From Octopus sinensis (taxonomy: Eukaryota), in NCBI RefSeq assembly GCF_006345805.1, contig NC_042998.1, positions 90,520,001-90,584,000 on the forward strand: DNA of 64,000 nt, in the 5' to 3' direction. The translations under genes and the position numbers were made by a program. Of the stretch, positions 62,696 to 64,000 are shown piece by piece. The first letter of the stretch is position 1, and each line of letters starts with the position of its first letter. Under the pieces are notes generated by a model that ran no database searches, had not been told where the DNA came from, and saw only the letters and a program-made list of their open reading frames with translations.

Positions 62696-64000
62696 CAAAA
62701 CTGTTTACATAGATAGATAATGAAATGAAATAATAAAGTAATTATAATCTGCGCTGAAAAAGAGGTTTTAGATGTGTGTTAGGTTGGAAAACAAGGTTGC
62801 TTACTGATGTATGGAAAAATATCATGACAGGAATACACTTGCTCAATCAAGGCTGATCTAAGGTTAAATAACATTACTGGTATTCATTTAATTGGACTCT
62901 TTAAGTATGAAATTCGTAACAGATCTCAGCAGGATTTGAACTTGGAATATTAGAAATGTAATTAATTACTGCATGTCATTTGGTCCAGTATTGAATGAAT
63001 TCAGTTACTTTACTAGCCTAAGAAGCATTGGCAATGGTAATAATAATTACTAAACTAAACCCTAAAGAGCTATCTGTAGATAAAAAACATCTACTTAAGA
63101 GGCTGTCTTCCTCCTTTTCAATTCATTTATTTTAGAGATCAGCTTTGTTTGTTTAGCTGCTAGTTGCTTGTTTAGCTACTAGTATGACTAACTTGCTTTA
63201 CTGCAATCAGTATAGTTTATTTTTGATTGTGACTTGGCTAGTTTCCTAGTAACCATTTTATTCAAGCACTCTTTATTTAAAACAGGCTTATTTTATTCTA
63301 AATGCTTGAAAGAGCAACTACAGAAGATGAGATAGTGTATGTCTCAAATTGTACTCGGTAATTAATCTGTATTTCAAGATCTTTTTACCAACCAATGACA
63401 ACGATGTTTAAAAAGAAACTCCTTTCACACAATGGTGTTGATTATTCTAGTTGCCTGAAGTCTTCACAGTAAAAAAAAAAAAAAATTACTCGAGGTTATT
63501 TTCTTTTTTGCTTTTTTTTTTTTTTTTTTTTTTTTACAGATACCAAATTAGAGGACTAAGAACAAAACTTGTCATTTTTGGGAATATCTAAAACTGAATA
63601 TTAAAATTTGATAGTGATAGCAGAGAAGTTTTACATTAAAGACATTAAGGTCATAATGAGGAGTATAAGAACAAAACATTTGAAGGCAGAATATTATGAG
63701 TGAAGTTAATTTACACCCCTGAGAAAATTATTTTGGTACTAGATTTGCTTCATTGTGGTAGTTATTATAAAGTAGGTATGTTAAAAAATTATTAATTATA
63801 GATGTTAGAAATCATTATAGGGTAGTTATGGTTATATTATTCAATAGTTGAGATAATAGCATAATAATTAATCCCTAGTCATTGAGTTAAATCTGGACCC
63901 AGCAAAGTTTTCTTTAGTTCAATGTAGTAAACTGTAAAATAGGACCAGGTGTAATAACTGTAGAAGACATTCAGCTACAATATAACTTTTTTGATTGTAT

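Overview
This is AT-rich, CpG-depleted eukaryotic DNA. The repeat repertoire (tRNA-derived SINEs with internal (TA)n(TG)n tracts, Nin/Deu-domain SINEs, RTE LINE tails, very long (TA)n arrays) suggests an octopus or other coleoid cephalopod genome (inference). Almost the whole window is intronic. Two small + strand coding exons (37654-37747 and 54423-54534) splice in frame and encode the N-terminal TM1 and start of the extracellular domain of an ABCA2-like ABC transporter. I did not find the first coding exon or the next exon in the window. The rest is transposon-derived. It includes a young non-autonomous tRNA-Trp-primed LTR element, two RTE LINE families (one with a PHD finger inside its RT), Hero and CRE RLE-type LINE fragments, CR1 and Tx1 relics, two Tc1/mariner relics, a hAT MITE, Helitron non-autonomous elements, a tandem train of six SINEs, and Penelope-like terminal repeats with decayed hammerhead-ribozyme motifs. 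None of the listed ORFs is an intact gene. I see no strong evidence for a wholly new multi-gene system; the most interesting items are element-level structures. All alignments and identities were judged by eye, family motifs are recalled rather than searched, and boundaries of old repeats are approximate.
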